Part shown: positions 13,369-26,650 of the stretch, piece by piece | Layout: each line of letters starts with the position of its first letter | How positions within the stretch are numbered: the stretch's first letter is position 1 | Notes under the pieces: generated by a model | The model's database searches: none | Told to the model about the DNA's origin: nothing | The model's input: the letters and a program-made list of their open reading frames with translations, nothing else | Translations under genes and position numbers: made by a program | Assembly: GCF_018350175.1 (NCBI RefSeq) | Contig: NC_058383.1 | Span: 24,306,001 to 24,370,000 of the forward strand | DNA: 64,000 nucleotides | Direction: 5' to 3' | Source of the DNA: Felis catus | Lineage: Eukaryota

Positions 13369-14050
13369 CTTCTCCACCATCAAGTGAGCCCCAAGTTCAC
13401 CTTCTCCAAGAATATCTGAATCCCAGTCTTGGGGAAGGGTCCTCTTCCAAGTTTGTTTCTTCCTTGGATATTTTCCCTCATCCATAGTGTATCCTTTGGA
13501 GTTCCCTGTACCTCCTATAGCTAACCCCCTGCTATAATTAATCATTCTTTTAACTTTCCCTGTTCAAATTGCTGTGTGGTTTCCTGACTCCAAGTGGGGA
13601 TACTGACGAACGCTCCTGCTTACTTGCTGGGTGACCCTGGGTAAATCCCTTAACCCCTCTGCCTCTCCCATGTACAGTGAGGATAATAATAGCTGCAATA
13701 CCTAGCCCAGAGTTTTGTAGTGGGCTTCTCCACCATCAAGTAAGCCCCAAGTGCACTTTCTCCAAGACCTGAATCTCAGCCTTGGGGAAGGGTCCTCTCC
13801 CATGGTATTTGGGTATTTTCTTCAGCCATAGTCTATTCTTGAGAGTTCTTTGTACCTCCTTACAGCTATCACCCTATTATAGTTACTAATTCTTTTAACT
13901 TTCCCTGTTCCAATTGCTGTGTGGTTTCCTGGCTCCTAATAGGGACACTGACAGGTGTTCCTGCTTGCTTGCTGGGTGACCCTGGGTAAATCCTTTAACC
14001 CCTCTGAGGCTCCATGTACAATGAGGATAATAGCAGCAGAGTTTTGTAGT
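13369..14050. repeat. Diverged tandem duplication (units 13369-13724 and 13725-14050)
   Basis: Both units start CTTCTCCACCATCAAGT and end ...CAGAGTTTTGTAGT, and are colinear throughout. Confidence 0.92.
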
Positions 14051-14719
14051 AGTATTAAATGATGTAATACATGTAAAGTGTTTAGTAGAGGAAGGGACAC
14101 AATTTTTTGTTTGTTTATTGCTGGAAGATTAAAGGTGGGTTGAGAAATAGGCAGAGTCAGTGAAAAAGACTACCTGACTAAAGGAATTTTTTAAAGGGAT
14201 CATTAATAAAGACTACTGGGAGATGAGATGCAACTAAGAGCTTAATCAAGTGAGGTTCCTCTCCCTTTTTAAAGATGGCCAGCCTGGGAAACAACTTTTG
14301 CAATAACTGAAATCACATGTCAGAGATCTATGGGTGGTATTGGTTGGAAACCACAGAAAGTTATTTTACAACTAAAAACAATAAAACAGAATAGTTTCTG
14401 GATATCACTTTATTACTCACAGTATCCAAATGAGGATATAAAAACCTTTGTCCCCAAACAACCCCAAAATAGAACAGCTTCAGTGACTCTTTCCATCTTG
14501 TAATTTCAGGAGAATCATCCTCCCTTCTGCTCATCTGCCCAAGAATCTAGAGAACTGATTAGCTTTCTCTCTCTCTCTCCCTCTCTCCCTCTCTCTCTGT
14601 TTAAGGGGGACTCCATGTGCCCAAACAAGACTCAGAACTCTGTTTCCTCTACACCTTATTTGTCCTTTGTTCCTCCTTAATCAGAGTTGGGCAAGGGTAG
14701 GAAAATAAACACACTATTT

Positions 14720-14937
14720 TTAAAAATCTTTTTTCAACGTTTATTTATTTTTGGGACAGTGAGAGACAGAGCATGAACGGGGGAGGGGCAGAGAGAGAGG
14801 GAGACACAAAATCGGAAACAGGCTCCAGGCTCCGAGCCATCAGCCCAGAGCCTGACGCGGGGCTTGAACTCACGGACCGCGAGATCGTGACCTGGCTGAA
14901 GTCGGACGCTTAACCAACTGCGCCACCCAGGCGCCCC
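14720..14937 (-). mobile_element. SINEC_Fc lacking TSD (probable recombinant)
   Basis: Young, consensus-like body whose two flanks do not match. Confidence 0.93.
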
Positions 14938-16027
14938 TCGAAGTCATGTTTTTAAGCTACAATCTGAAATTTAATATGCTCAAGGAACTAATAAATATAG
15001 TCTCCTCAACAGGTAAAGATTTTGGAAATTAAAAGTCTCATTCTCACTATGACAAAAAAAAGCTGAGGAAACAGCAGTAATTCTTAGATCCAGTGGAGTT
15101 GAGGTCACAGAACAAACCAACGCCTCAAAAACTGGGATGCTAGAAAATACATGGAATCACAGCTTACTGGGAGCAGAAGCCAATGGAGCTAGTACTGGTA
15201 AGACCACTGACATAGTGATAGACAAATTCCTGGTGGCTAAGTGTGGGCTAGCACGAAAGTTAAAAACTCCTGGAGAACAAGTTTCAAGAGGTATGCAGAC
15301 TTTCTTGAGTTTACCTTCCAGCAGCCTCACCATGTTCTCATGGTACAGATTAGAGAAAAACATCCTCAGGTTTCCCAGAAGGGAAAATGGGGGCAAAATA
15401 AACAACTTTTCAATATGCCCAACTGTTCTGTTCTTAGCAACAATGGCCTATCCTCAAGGGAAGCTCCTTTATCAGAGCCTTGCAGACTTATGAGAAAGTG
15501 AAATACCCAACTTCATAACCTTCCAGTCTCAAATAAGGAGGTGCAGGAGAACTGGGGAACTCTGCGGAAGCTCTGAGACCAGGGGCACAGGCCTACTAAA
15601 ATACTGACACCTAGTCAGAGGATTATAGAACACTTTTCCTCCCTGTACATCTCACCACCTCAATAGTAGGGCTCATATATAATAATTGGTCTAGAGCAGA
15701 AAGAACCACAAGACTCAGACTATTTAAGGAGTCTTTAGGAAAACCCAAAGATAAAGGGGGCAAGAAAAAACAAGGACACTAGAGGAAACTAAAGCCTCTG
15801 ATGCTTACAAAACAAAAGAGTAAACACAGTCTAATTCCTGGCCAGACAAAAATGAAACCTCACATTAAGGAATAATTACACCAGTTATATTAACCAATCC
15901 GCCATGTCTGGCTTTTAGTAAAAAATTTAAAGGCAAGGGAAAACACAGTCTGAATGGACTGAAAGGAACAGACAGATACAGACATTGCACAGATTTTGAA
16001 ATTATCAGGCTGGTAATATAACTGTTT

Positions 16028-16230
16028 GGAGCACCTGGGTAGCTCAGTCAGTTAAGCGTCCGACTTTGGCTCTGGTCTTGATCTCACGGCTTGTGAGTTC
16101 AAGCCCTATGTCAGGCTCTGTGCTGACAGCTCAGAGCCTGGAGCCTGCTTGGATTCTGTGCTCCCTCTCTCCCTGCCTTCCCCCACTCATGCTGTCTCTC
16201 TCTTTCCTTAAAAAACAAACATAAAAATAA
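16028..16230 (+). mobile_element. Can-SINE
   Basis: GGGTAGCTCAGTCAGTTAAG head, CT repeat, A tail. Confidence 0.9.
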
Positions 16231-17089
16231 TAATAATTATAGTTACATAAATTAATAATAACTATGTTTAATATGCTAAGATCTCTAACAGACAATATGA
16301 AGAACAAATGTGTAATGTAAGCAGAGTGATGGACACCCTAACAAAGAATCAAAAGGAAATATTAGAAAGTAAAAATATCGTGACAAATGAAAAATATTTT
16401 GATGAGCTCACCAATGGACTGGACATGGTTTGGGAAAGAATCAGTAAGCTTGAAGATACATTAATAGAAACATCTTAAACCGAAATAAAAAGAAAAGAGA
16501 ATGGAAATGACCAGAATAGAATATTCAAGAACTCTAGGAAAAACACACAAGGTGTAGCAAGCATACATGGAATGCTAGAAGGAGAATAAAAAGAAAAAGG
16601 AGCAGAAGAAATATATGAAGTAATACTGACTGAAAATTTTCCAAACTAATGGTAAACATCAAACTACAGATCTATAGGTAAACTACATCAAACTACAGGT
16701 AACTCAGAGAACACTAAGCAGAACTAATGTCAGAACTAATGTCAGCAGAACTAATGTCAGAACACTAAGCAGAACCCAGACCTAGACATACCATGTGTAA
16801 ACTGCAGAAAACCAGGTAACAAAAATCTTGAAAAATCAAAAGATTTTGAAAGTAGCAGTGATTAGGTGGGGAAAAGCTTACCTATTGATGAATATGGATA
16901 AAATTACACTAGGCTATTCTTTAGATGGGCAGAAAAGGCGGGGGGGATAAAACAAGCAACAAAGAACAAATGTAACATATGTAAAACAGTTATAATTCTG
17001 TAGATACTTATTGAATTATATTAATAATTGCTTTACAGATAATGGACTAAATGCACCAATTAAAAGAGACTTGACAAAGTAGATACTTA

Positions 17090-17296
17090 AAAAATTTTTA
17101 ATGTTTATTTATTTTTGAGAGAGAGACAGAACACAAGCAAGGGAGGGACAGAGAGACGGAGACACAGAATCCGAAACAGGCTCCAGGCTCTGAGCTGTCA
17201 GCACAGAGCCTGGCATGGGGCTCGAAGTCAGGAACAGCAAAATCATGACCTGAGCCCAGGGTGGGCACTTAACCAACTGAGCACCCAGGTGTCCCC
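17090..17296 (-). mobile_element. Can-SINE
   Basis: Reverse SINE body, TSD-like AAAGTAGAT. Confidence 0.9.
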
Positions 17297-17508
17297 AAAA
17301 AAGTAGATGTTTTAAAAGATGCAACTATATATTGCCTACAACAAATCCACTTAAAATACAAAGATACAGATAGATTTAAAGTAAAGGGATGGAAAAAGAT
17401 ATATGATGCTGCACTAATAAAAAAAAAATCTGGAGTAGCTATATTAATTTCAGACAAAACAGACTTCAGAACAAGGAAAATTACCAGGGATTAAAAAAGG
17501 CATTATCA

Positions 17509-17731
17509 GGGGCGCCTGGGTGGCGCAGTCGGTTAAGCGTCCGACTTCAGCCAGGTCACGATCTCGCGGTCCGTTGAGTTCGAGCCCCGCGTCGGGCTCT
17601 GGGCTGATGGCTCGGAGCCTGGAGCCTGTTTCCGATTCTGTGTCTCCCTCTCTCTCTGCCCCTCCCCGTTCATGCTCTGTCTCTGTCTGTCCCAAAAATA
17701 AATAAACGTTGGAAAAAAAAATTAAAAAAAA
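17509..17731 (+). mobile_element. SINEC_Fc
   Basis: TSD AAAAAAGGCATTATCA. Confidence 0.95.
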
Positions 17732-19467
17732 AAAAGGCATTATCAGAATGTTGTCAGCAAGATAAGAGAATAAAAGGTCCTCAACTCTATCCCCTCACAT
17801 AAACAGATTTAGCAACTACCCATGAACAAGAATGGCACTGTGAGATTTCTAGAGTCTGGGGGTAAGGTAATAGCACCCAGTGGAGCACAGAAACTGAAAG
17901 AAAGAGAAACACACTGCCCACTCACTCTGCCCACAATGCCTCTCCTCCAAGCCAACAAAGAACAGCATAAAGAAGGATCCTTTCATCCTAATTTCTCCAG
18001 TGGCATAAAGGGAAAAAGAGGTAGACACCCAACTTCCCAGATTTCTGTCTTTCCAACTTCTGTCTTACCTCACATGGAATGCCAAGGGAACTAATACAGC
18101 TAGACCACCAGGCAAGAGCTGGGACCAAAGAGAAGGAGTAAAAGCTCTCAGGTGGCAGTAGTGGTGGATCTCAGTGGAAGCTCTGTGATTCCCATCAGAC
18201 ATCCCTGCCTGGCCACAAAATCTCCACTGGTGGATCCTCCTGAAAATAGAGGCCCACCAGCCAATCCTGTAAAACAACAGAGTCCCACCAGCAATCTTAG
18301 GGGAATGCAGAGGCCAGGTAGGCCTCCATGACCAAAAAGCCCCACCAGCCAGCCCCAGTAAACTATAGTTCCACTACACTGCAGAGTACTAGCAATGGGC
18401 CCTGCCTGACCCTGCAGTTCTCATACAATGGTACACCCCATGGGCCCCAACAGTAGGTCACATTTGGCCATGGGCCCCACAAGCAGGCCCACCCCAAATT
18501 CCAGGCTAGGCTGACTGGCAAATATCTTTTCTTGACAAATGCAGTCCATAAAGAATGCAAGAGGTAACTACTTCTTAAATGTGCAGACACAAATGCAAAG
18601 TTACATGGATCATGAAGGTTCAAGGAAGCATGACACTACTAAATGAAACTAATAAAGCTCTAGTAACAAAACCTAAAGAAATAGAGATTATGAATGCCTG
18701 ACAAAAAATTCAAAATAATCATACTTACAGAAAGAAGCTCAGTGAACTACAGAACAAGAGAGACAAATGAACAAAAACAATACATAAACAGATGAGAAGT
18801 TCAACAAAGAGAGAAGCCATGAAAAAATGAACAAAAATCCTACAGCTGAAGAATACAGTGACTGAATTGAAAAAAAAATCAATGAACAACTTTAACAGCA
18901 GACTCAATCAAGCTGAAGAAAGGCTTAGTGAACTCCAATATAGGTCATTTGAAATTATCCAGTCAAATGAGCAAAAAGAAAAAAAATGAATGAAAAATAA
19001 TGAAGAAATACTATAAGACAGATAAGACACCACGAAAAGAAACAACATATTCATTAAGAGAGTCATAGAAGTAGAAGGTACAGAGAAAGGGTCAGAAAGC
19101 TTCTTTGAAGAAATAGTGGCTGAAAATTTTCCAGATCTGGGGATAGAAATGAACATCCAGATTCATGAAGCTTAAAAATGCCCAAATAGGTTGAACCAAA
19201 GAAGTCTACATAAAGACACATTATAATTACATTGTCAAAAGTCAAGTCAAAGACAAACAGAGAATTTTCAAATCTCCAAAAGAAAACTAACTCATCATGT
19301 ACAAGGGAACCCCCATAAAACTGTCAGTGGATTTCTTACCAGAAATCCTGCAGGCCGAAAGACAGCAGGGAAATATATTCAAAGTACTCAAGGAAAAAAA
19401 AAAAAACACCCTGCAAACCAACAAATCTCTACCTAGTAAAACTGTCTTTTAAAAATAAAGGAGAGGA

Positions 19468-19688
19468 GGGGCGCCTGGGTGGCTCAGTCGGTTGGGTGAC
19501 TGACTTCGGCTGGGGTCATGATCTCACGGTTTGTGGGTTTGAGTCCCACATCGGGCTCTGTGCTGACAGCTCAGAGCCTGGAGCCTGCTTCCAATTCTGT
19601 GTCTCCCTCTCTCTGCATCTCCCCTGCTCGTGCTCTGTCTCTTTCTGACTCTGAAAAAATAAATAAATGTTAATTTAAAAAATTTTTT
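19468..19688 (+). mobile_element. Can-SINE
   Basis: SINE body, TSD TAAAAATAAAGGA. Confidence 0.92.
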
Positions 19689-20327
19689 AAAAATAAAGGA
19701 AAGGTAAAGATTTTCCCTGTTAAACAAAGTAGCAGGAGCAAATTCATCACCAGTAGACCTGCCTTGCAAGAGGTGATAAAGGAAATTCTTCACATTGAGA
19801 TGAACTGATGTTAAAGAGCAACACAAAAGCATAAGAAAATAAATCTCACTGGTAAAGGTAAATATATAGACAAACACAGAATATAATAATACTGTAATGG
19901 TGGTGCATAATCACTTTTAAATACAGTATAAAAGTACACAAACACAAAAATATTAAGAGTAACTCTAATTGCAAAGTTTGTTAGTGGATAGACAATAGAG
20001 AAAGAAGTACACACTGACATTAATAACAAAGTATGAGGAGGGAGTAAAAGTGTAGAACTGTTGGATGTAATTGAGATGAAGATGTTACCAGTTTAAAATA
20101 GATGTCATAATAATAAGGCTCAATGCAGCTTCATGGTAAGAACAAAAAAGAATTTGTAATAGGCACACAAAAGATAAACAACCAAAGCATATAAAAAAAG
20201 AAGAAAGATCTCAAATAAACAACTGTGTACCTCAAGAAATGAGAAAAAGAAGAAACAGCACAAAGTTAGCAGAAGGAAGGAAATAATAAAGATCAGAGCA
20301 GAACTCAAATAAAGAATAGAAAACCAG

Positions 20328-20553
20328 TGGGTGGCTCAGTCGGTTAGGCATCTGACTTCAGCTCAGGTCATGATCTCACAGTTCGTGAGTTCCAGTCCCA
20401 CATTGGCCTCTGTGCTGACAGCTCAGAGCCTGGAACCTGCTTCAGATTCTGTGTCTCCCTCTCTCTCTGCCCCTTCCCTGCTCACCCTCTGTCTCTCTCT
20501 CTCTGAAATAAATAAACACTACAAAAGTTTTTTAAAAAAGAAAAAAAGAAAAA
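20328..20553 (+). mobile_element. Can-SINE
   Basis: SINE body, TSD AGAAAACCAGT. Confidence 0.92.
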
Positions 20554-21919
20554 GAAAACCAGTAGAAAAAACAACACTGAGAACTCATTTACACAAAATC
20601 AATAAATCCTCAGGTAGACAAAGAAAAAAAGAGAGAAGACTCAAATAAAATCAGAAATAAAAAAGTAAACATTACAACCAATGCAATAGAAATTTTAAAA
20701 GATTATAATGTGCTATTATGAATAATTACATCCCCCCAAAAAACTGGATAAATGGATAAATTTCTAGCACCATAAAACCTAGAGATTGAACCAAGAAATA
20801 GAAAAATATAAACAAATAAATAAATATATTGAAACAGTCATCAAAAACTTTCCAAGAAAGAAAAGCCCAGATCTAGATGACTTCACAGGTGAATTCTACC
20901 AAACATTCAAAAAAGAATTAAAATGAATCCTTCCAAAACTCTTGCAAAAATACTGAAGTAGAAGGAATATTTCCAAATTCATTTCATGAGGTTAGCATCA
21001 CTCTAATACCAAAACCAAAGACAACACACAAAAAAAAGAAAACTACAGGCCAATATCTCTGATGAACATAAATACAAAAATCCTTAGTAATATACTAGCA
21101 AACCTAATTTAACAACACATCAAAAAGATTTCACACCATGACCGAGTGGAATTTATCCAAGTAGAATTTTATACCATGATTAAGTGGATACAAGTTCAGT
21201 TCAACATGTGCAACTCAATCAATATGATACATTATATTAACAGAATGAAAGATAAAAAGCACATAATTATCTCACTAGATGCAAAAAAGCATTTAACAAA
21301 GCTCAACATCCATTTATGGTAAAAACCTTTTAATAAAACATGTGTAAGAAGAAATCTCAACACAATAAAGTCCATTTATGAAAAACAACAGATAACACCA
21401 TACTCAAGAGTCAGAAACTAAGAGCTTTTCCTCAAAGATCTGGTACAAGGCAAAGTCACTTCTATTCATGTGGTAGTGAAAGTACCGGCAAGCACCACCA
21501 GACAAGAGAAAGAAGTAAAAGGCATCCAAACAGGAAAGGAAGAAGTAAAATTATTTGTTTACAGATGACATGATCCTCCTAAAAAACCCTAAACTCCAGC
21601 AAGCAAACAAATAAAACCCTGGTTACAACTAATAAACAAATTCAGTAGAGTTATAGGGTATAATATCAACATACAAAAATCAGTTGTTTCTTTACACCAA
21701 CAACAATGTAGCTGAAAAGAAAATCAAGAAAACAATCCCACTTATGATGGCATCAGTAAGTACAAAATACTTCGGAATAAGGTTAACAAAGGATGTGAAA
21801 GACTTAAACTCTGAAAACTATAAGTGATGAGAGAAATTGAAGAAGATACAGATAAGTGAGAAGATAATCCATGTTCATGGATTGGAAGAATTAATATTTT
21901 TAAATATTTATACTACCCA

Positions 21920-22363
21920 GGGCATCTGGGTGGTTCAGTCAGTTAAGCATCCTACTCTTGGTTTCAATTCAGGTCATGATCTCATGGTTTCATGGGTTCA
22001 AGCCTGATGTTAGGCTCTGTGCTGGCAGTGCAGAGTCTGTTTGGGATTCTCTGTCTCCCTCTCTCTTTGCCCCTCCCCTACTTGTGCTGCCTCTGTCTCT
22101 CTCAAAATACATAAACTTAAAAAAAATCCTTAAGGGGGCGCCTCGGTGACTCAGTTGGTTAAGCATCAGACTTCGGCTCAGGTCATGATCTCACAGTTTG
22201 TGAGTTCGACCCTGCATCGGGCTCTGTGCTGACAGCTCAGAGCCTGGAGCCTGCTTTGGATCCTGTGTCTCCTTCTCTCTCTGCCCCTCCCCGACTTGTG
22301 CTCTGTTTCTCTCTGTCTATAAAAAATAAATAAATGTAAAAAAATTTTTTTTATCCTTAAAAA
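21920..22363 (+). mobile_element. Two Can-SINEs, the second (22134-~22345) inserted in the tail of the first
   Basis: Outer TSD AATATTTATACTACCCA, inner TSD ATCCTTAA. Confidence 0.9.
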
Positions 22364-23135
22364 AATATTTATACTACCCAAAGCAATATACAGATTCAAT
22401 GTACCCCTATCAAAATTCCAATGGCATTTTTCACAGAAATAGAAAACAAAATTCTAAAACTCATATGGATCTACAAAAGACCTTGAGGAGCCAAAACAAA
22501 CTCGAGAAAAAATAACAGAGTTGAAGGCATAATACTTCTAATTTCAAATTATATTACAAAGATATAGTAATCAAAACAATATGATACTGGCCTAAAAACA
22601 TACATAGAATAGAATATGGTACAGAATAGAGAGCCAAGAAATGAACCCATGTATATAATAGCCAACTAATTTTTAACAGAGATGCTAAGAATATACAATT
22701 GGGGAAGGATTGTCTCTTCAGTAAATAGTATACTGATAACTGGATATTCACATGCAAAAAATGACATTGGACCCTTACCTCACACTATATACAAAAGTAA
22801 ACTCAAAACAGATTAAGAACTTAAATGTAAGACCTGAAATAAAAATACTCCTAGAGGAAAACACAGAGAAAAAGCTTCTTGACATTGGTCTATGCAATGA
22901 TTTTTTAAAAATATAACACCAAAATCACAAGGAACAAAACAAAAATAAGCAAATGGGAGTGTGTAGAATTTAAAGTCCTCTGCTCAGCAAAGGAAACAAT
23001 AAAGTGAGAAGACAACCCATGGAAAGGGAGAATATATATGAAAACTACCTATTTGATAAAAGGTTAATTTCCAAAATATGTAAGAAACTCATAGAACTCA
23101 ATATTATAAATTTTTATTTAAAAATGGGTAAAGGA

Positions 23136-23345
23136 GGGCCACCTGGGGTGACTCAGTCAGTTAAGTGTCCGACTCCAATTCAGGTCACGATCTCATAGTC
23201 CATGAGTTTGAGTCCCATGTCAGGCTCTGTGCTGACAGCTCAGAGTCCAGACCTGGCTTCAGATTCTGTGTCTCCCTCTCTCTCTGCACCTCCCCCCCCC
23301 CCACCTCTCTCTCTCTCAAAAGTAAATAAACATTAAAAAAAATTT
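23136..23345 (+). mobile_element. Can-SINE
   Basis: SINE body with C-run. Confidence 0.9.
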
Positions 23346-24442
23346 TAATGGATAAAGGAACTGAACCCATTTTTCCAAGGAAGATACACAAATAAGCAAC
23401 AGGTATAAAAAAAGGCACTAAATTTCACTAATCATGAGAGAAATATAAATCAAAACTACAATGACATAAAACCTCACAGCTATTAAAATAGCCATTATCA
23501 GAAAGATAAAAGATACATGTCGGCAAAGATGTGGAAAAAAAGGGAATCTTTGTACATCACTGACTAGAATGTAAATATGTACAGTCCTTATGGAAAATAG
23601 TATGGAGATTCAAAAATTAATACTAGAACTGCCTTATGATTTAGCAACCTCACTGGATCTATAACCAAAGGAAATGAAATCAGATCTCAGTAAGATATTT
23701 GCATTCCTGTGTTTATTTCAGGATTATTCAAAAGAGCCAAAATATGGAAATGACCTAAGTGTCCATAGATGAATGGATAAAGTAAATGTGGTGTCCATAT
23801 ACAATGGAATATTATTCAGCCTTGATAAAGAAGTAAATCCTTCCACTTGTGACCACATGGATGAGCTTGGAGGACATTACGATAAGTGAAATAAGCCAGA
23901 TGCAGAAAGACAAATAATGTGTGATCTCACTTATGTGTGGAATCTAAAACAGTCAAACCTACGGAAACAGAAAACAGAATGACAGTTGCTAGAGTTGGGG
24001 GGGAGAAGGAAATTGGGAAACCTTTGCCAAGAGGGTAAAAAGTTTTAGGTATATAAGATGAATAAGTTCTTTAAATTTATGTACAACAATTATGACTATA
24101 GTTAACAATATGGCATACTTGAAATTTGATAAGAGTAGATCTTAAGTGTTCTCACCACAATAAAAAAGTTAATGGTAACTATGTGAGGTTATGAATATGT
24201 TAAATAACCTATTACAGTGAAATATTCAGAATGTACACATAAATCACATAATCAAGTTGTACTCCTTAAATATATGTAATCTTAAATTGTCAACTATACC
24301 TCAGTAAAGTTGCAGAAAAAAATAAAGTTTATATGAAAAAAACAAAAGACCCAGAATAGCCAACAAGATACTGAAGAAAAACAGCAAAGTTGGAGGACTA
24401 ACACTCACATTTCAAGACTTAGTATAAAACTACAGTATTGAA

Positions 24443-24660
24443 GGGGTGCCTAGGTGGCTCAGTCAATTAAGCATCCAACTTCGGTTCAGGTCATGATATC
24501 ATGGTTTTTGGGTTCAAGCCCTGCATCAGGCTCTGTGCTGACAGACTGGAACCTGGAGCCTGCTTCAGATTCTGTGTCTCCCTCTCTCTCTGACCCTCCC
24601 CTGCTTATGCTCTGTCTCTCTCTGTCTCTCAAAAATAAATAAATTTTTAAAAAAATTTTT
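24443..24660 (+). mobile_element. Can-SINE
   Basis: TSD AAAACTACAGTATT. Confidence 0.92.
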
Positions 24661-24831
24661 AAAAACTACAGTATTTGGAACAGTGTGATATTACAAAAAT
24701 ATAAATATATACATTGATGGAACAGAATACCGAGTCTATAAATAGACCCAGACAAATATAGATGAGTGATAGTTGACAAAGTATGAAAGGCAACTCAATG
24801 AAGAATAGCCTTTTACAAATGGTTGCAGGAG

Positions 24832-25595
24832 TCGCTCCTTATCAGGGAAATACAAATCAAAACCACACTCAGGTATCACCTCACGCCAGTCAGAGTGGCC
24901 AAAATGAACAAATCAGGAGACTATAGATGCTGGAGAGGATGTGGAGAAACGGGAACCCTCTTGCGCTGTTGGTGGGAATGCAAATTGGTGCAGCCGCTCT
25001 GGAAAGCAGTGTGGAGGTTCCTCAGAAAATTAAAAATAGACCTACCCTATGACCCAGCAATAGCACTGCTAGGAATTTATCCAAGGGATACAGGAGTACT
25101 GATGCATAGGGCCACTTGTACCCCAATGTTCATAGCAGCACTCTCAACAATAGCCAAATTATGGAAAGAGCCTAAATGTCCATCAACTGATGAATGGATA
25201 AAGAAATTGTGGTTTATATACACAATGGAATATTATGTGGCAATGAGAAAAAATGAAATATGGCCTTTTGTAGCAACGTGGATGGAACTGGAGAGTGTGA
25301 TGCTAAGTGAAATAAGCCATACAGAGAAAGACAGATACCATATGGTTTCACTCTTATGTGGATCCTGAGAAACTTAACAGGAACCCATGGGGGAGGGGAA
25401 GAAAAAAAAAAAAAGAGGTTAGAGTGGGAGAGAGCCAAAGCATAAGAGACTGTTAAAAACTGAGAACAAACTGAGGGTTGATGGGGGGTGGGAGGGAGGA
25501 GAGGGTGGGTGATGGGTATTGAGGAGGGCACCTTTTGGGATGAGCACTGGGTGTTGTATGGAAACCAATTTGTCAATAAATTTCATAAAAAAAAA
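24832..25595 (+). mobile_element. Young 5'-truncated L1_Fc
   Basis: Open ORF2 C-terminus, 3'UTR, poly(A). TSD AAATGGTTGC(A/T)GGAG at 24817-24831 and 25596-25610. Confidence 0.95.
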
Positions 25596-26429
25596 AAATG
25601 GTTGCTGGAGCAACTGGACATCCATATGCAAAATAAAAAATCCAGACACAAACGTTACACCTTTCACACACACACACACAAGCAAAAACACACATATTCA
25701 AATGAATTGCAGCCCTAAATGTAAAGCCCACAAAGCTATTCCTAGAAGAAAACGTAAGAGAAAATCTAGATGTCTTTGGAGTTTAGTGGTAAGTTTTAGA
25801 TACAAACCAAAAACAAGATCCGTCAAATAAAAATTGATAAACTGGACTTTGTTAATATTAAAATATGTTAAGACAATGAAAAGACAAGCCACAGACTGGG
25901 AGAAAATAATCCCAAAACACACAGTCGATAAAGAACTTATAACCAAAATATATAAAACATATAGGGAACTCTTAAAACTCAAGATTAAAAAAACAACCCA
26001 ATTTGAAAATAAGCAAAAGATCAGAAAAGATATCTTACCAAAGAACACAGACAGATAGCAAATAGGCATACGAAAAGATACTCAACATTGTCATTAAGAA
26101 ATTGCAAAATTAAAACAAAAATGGGATATTACCAGAAGCCTATTACAATGGCTACAATTTTTTTTAAATGTCAACATCAAATGAGGAGGAGGAGGCAGAG
26201 CAGTATAACTCTTATTCGTTGCTGGTCAGAATGCAAAATGGTGCAGCCTCTTGGAAGAGAATCTGGCAGTTTCTTAGAAAGCTAAACATAGTCTTACCAC
26301 ACAATGCAATAATTGTGTTGTTAGGTATTTCCCAATTGATTTGACAATTTATCACAACCTTCCTGAAAATGTTACAGCAGCTTTGTTCATAACTGCCAAA
26401 ACTGGAATCATTCAAAAAATGGATGCATA

Positions 26430-26650
26430 GGGGCGCCTGGGTGGCCCAGTCGGTAAGCGCCCGACTTCAGCCAGGTCACGATCTCGCGGTCCGTGAGTTC
26501 GAGCCCCGCGTCGGGCTCTGGGTGGATGGCTCAGAGCCTGGAGCCTGTTTCCGATTCTGTGTCTCCCTTTCTCTCTGCCCCTCCCCCGTTCATGCTCTGT
26601 CTCTCTCTGTCCCAAAAATAAATAAACGTTGGAAAAAAAAAATTAAAAAA
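26430..26650 (+). mobile_element. SINEC_Fc
   Basis: TSD AAAAAATGGATG(C/T)ATA. Confidence 0.95.

Larger units (their letters stand above)
17748..24325 (+). mobile_element. Near-full-length older L1 (L1MA-like 3' end) with internal EN deletion, nested in the old L1
   Basis: 5'UTR, ORF1 remnants (~18630-19800), RT remnants (~20700-21700), and a 3'UTR ending GTCAACTATACCTCAGTAAAG plus A-run. Contains five SINEs. Confidence 0.85.

Noticed and set aside
14409..14546. Possible terminal exon of locus B (minus-strand TAG acceptor and AATAAA)
   Set aside because: No ABCA C-terminal homology and a weak polypyrimidine tract, so it is unsupported without RNA data.
15137..15493. ORF with LLG...NGASTGKTT resembling the missing ABCA Walker-A exon
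   Set aside because: Wrong strand, wrong motif spacing, and it lies in an old L1 5' region also seen at 33290-34430.
17450..17740. Recurrent 60-100 aa ORFs of the MAQSVKRPTSAQV... type, here and elsewhere
   Set aside because: These are translations of Can-SINE bodies. The tRNA-like heads are SINEs, not tRNA genes.
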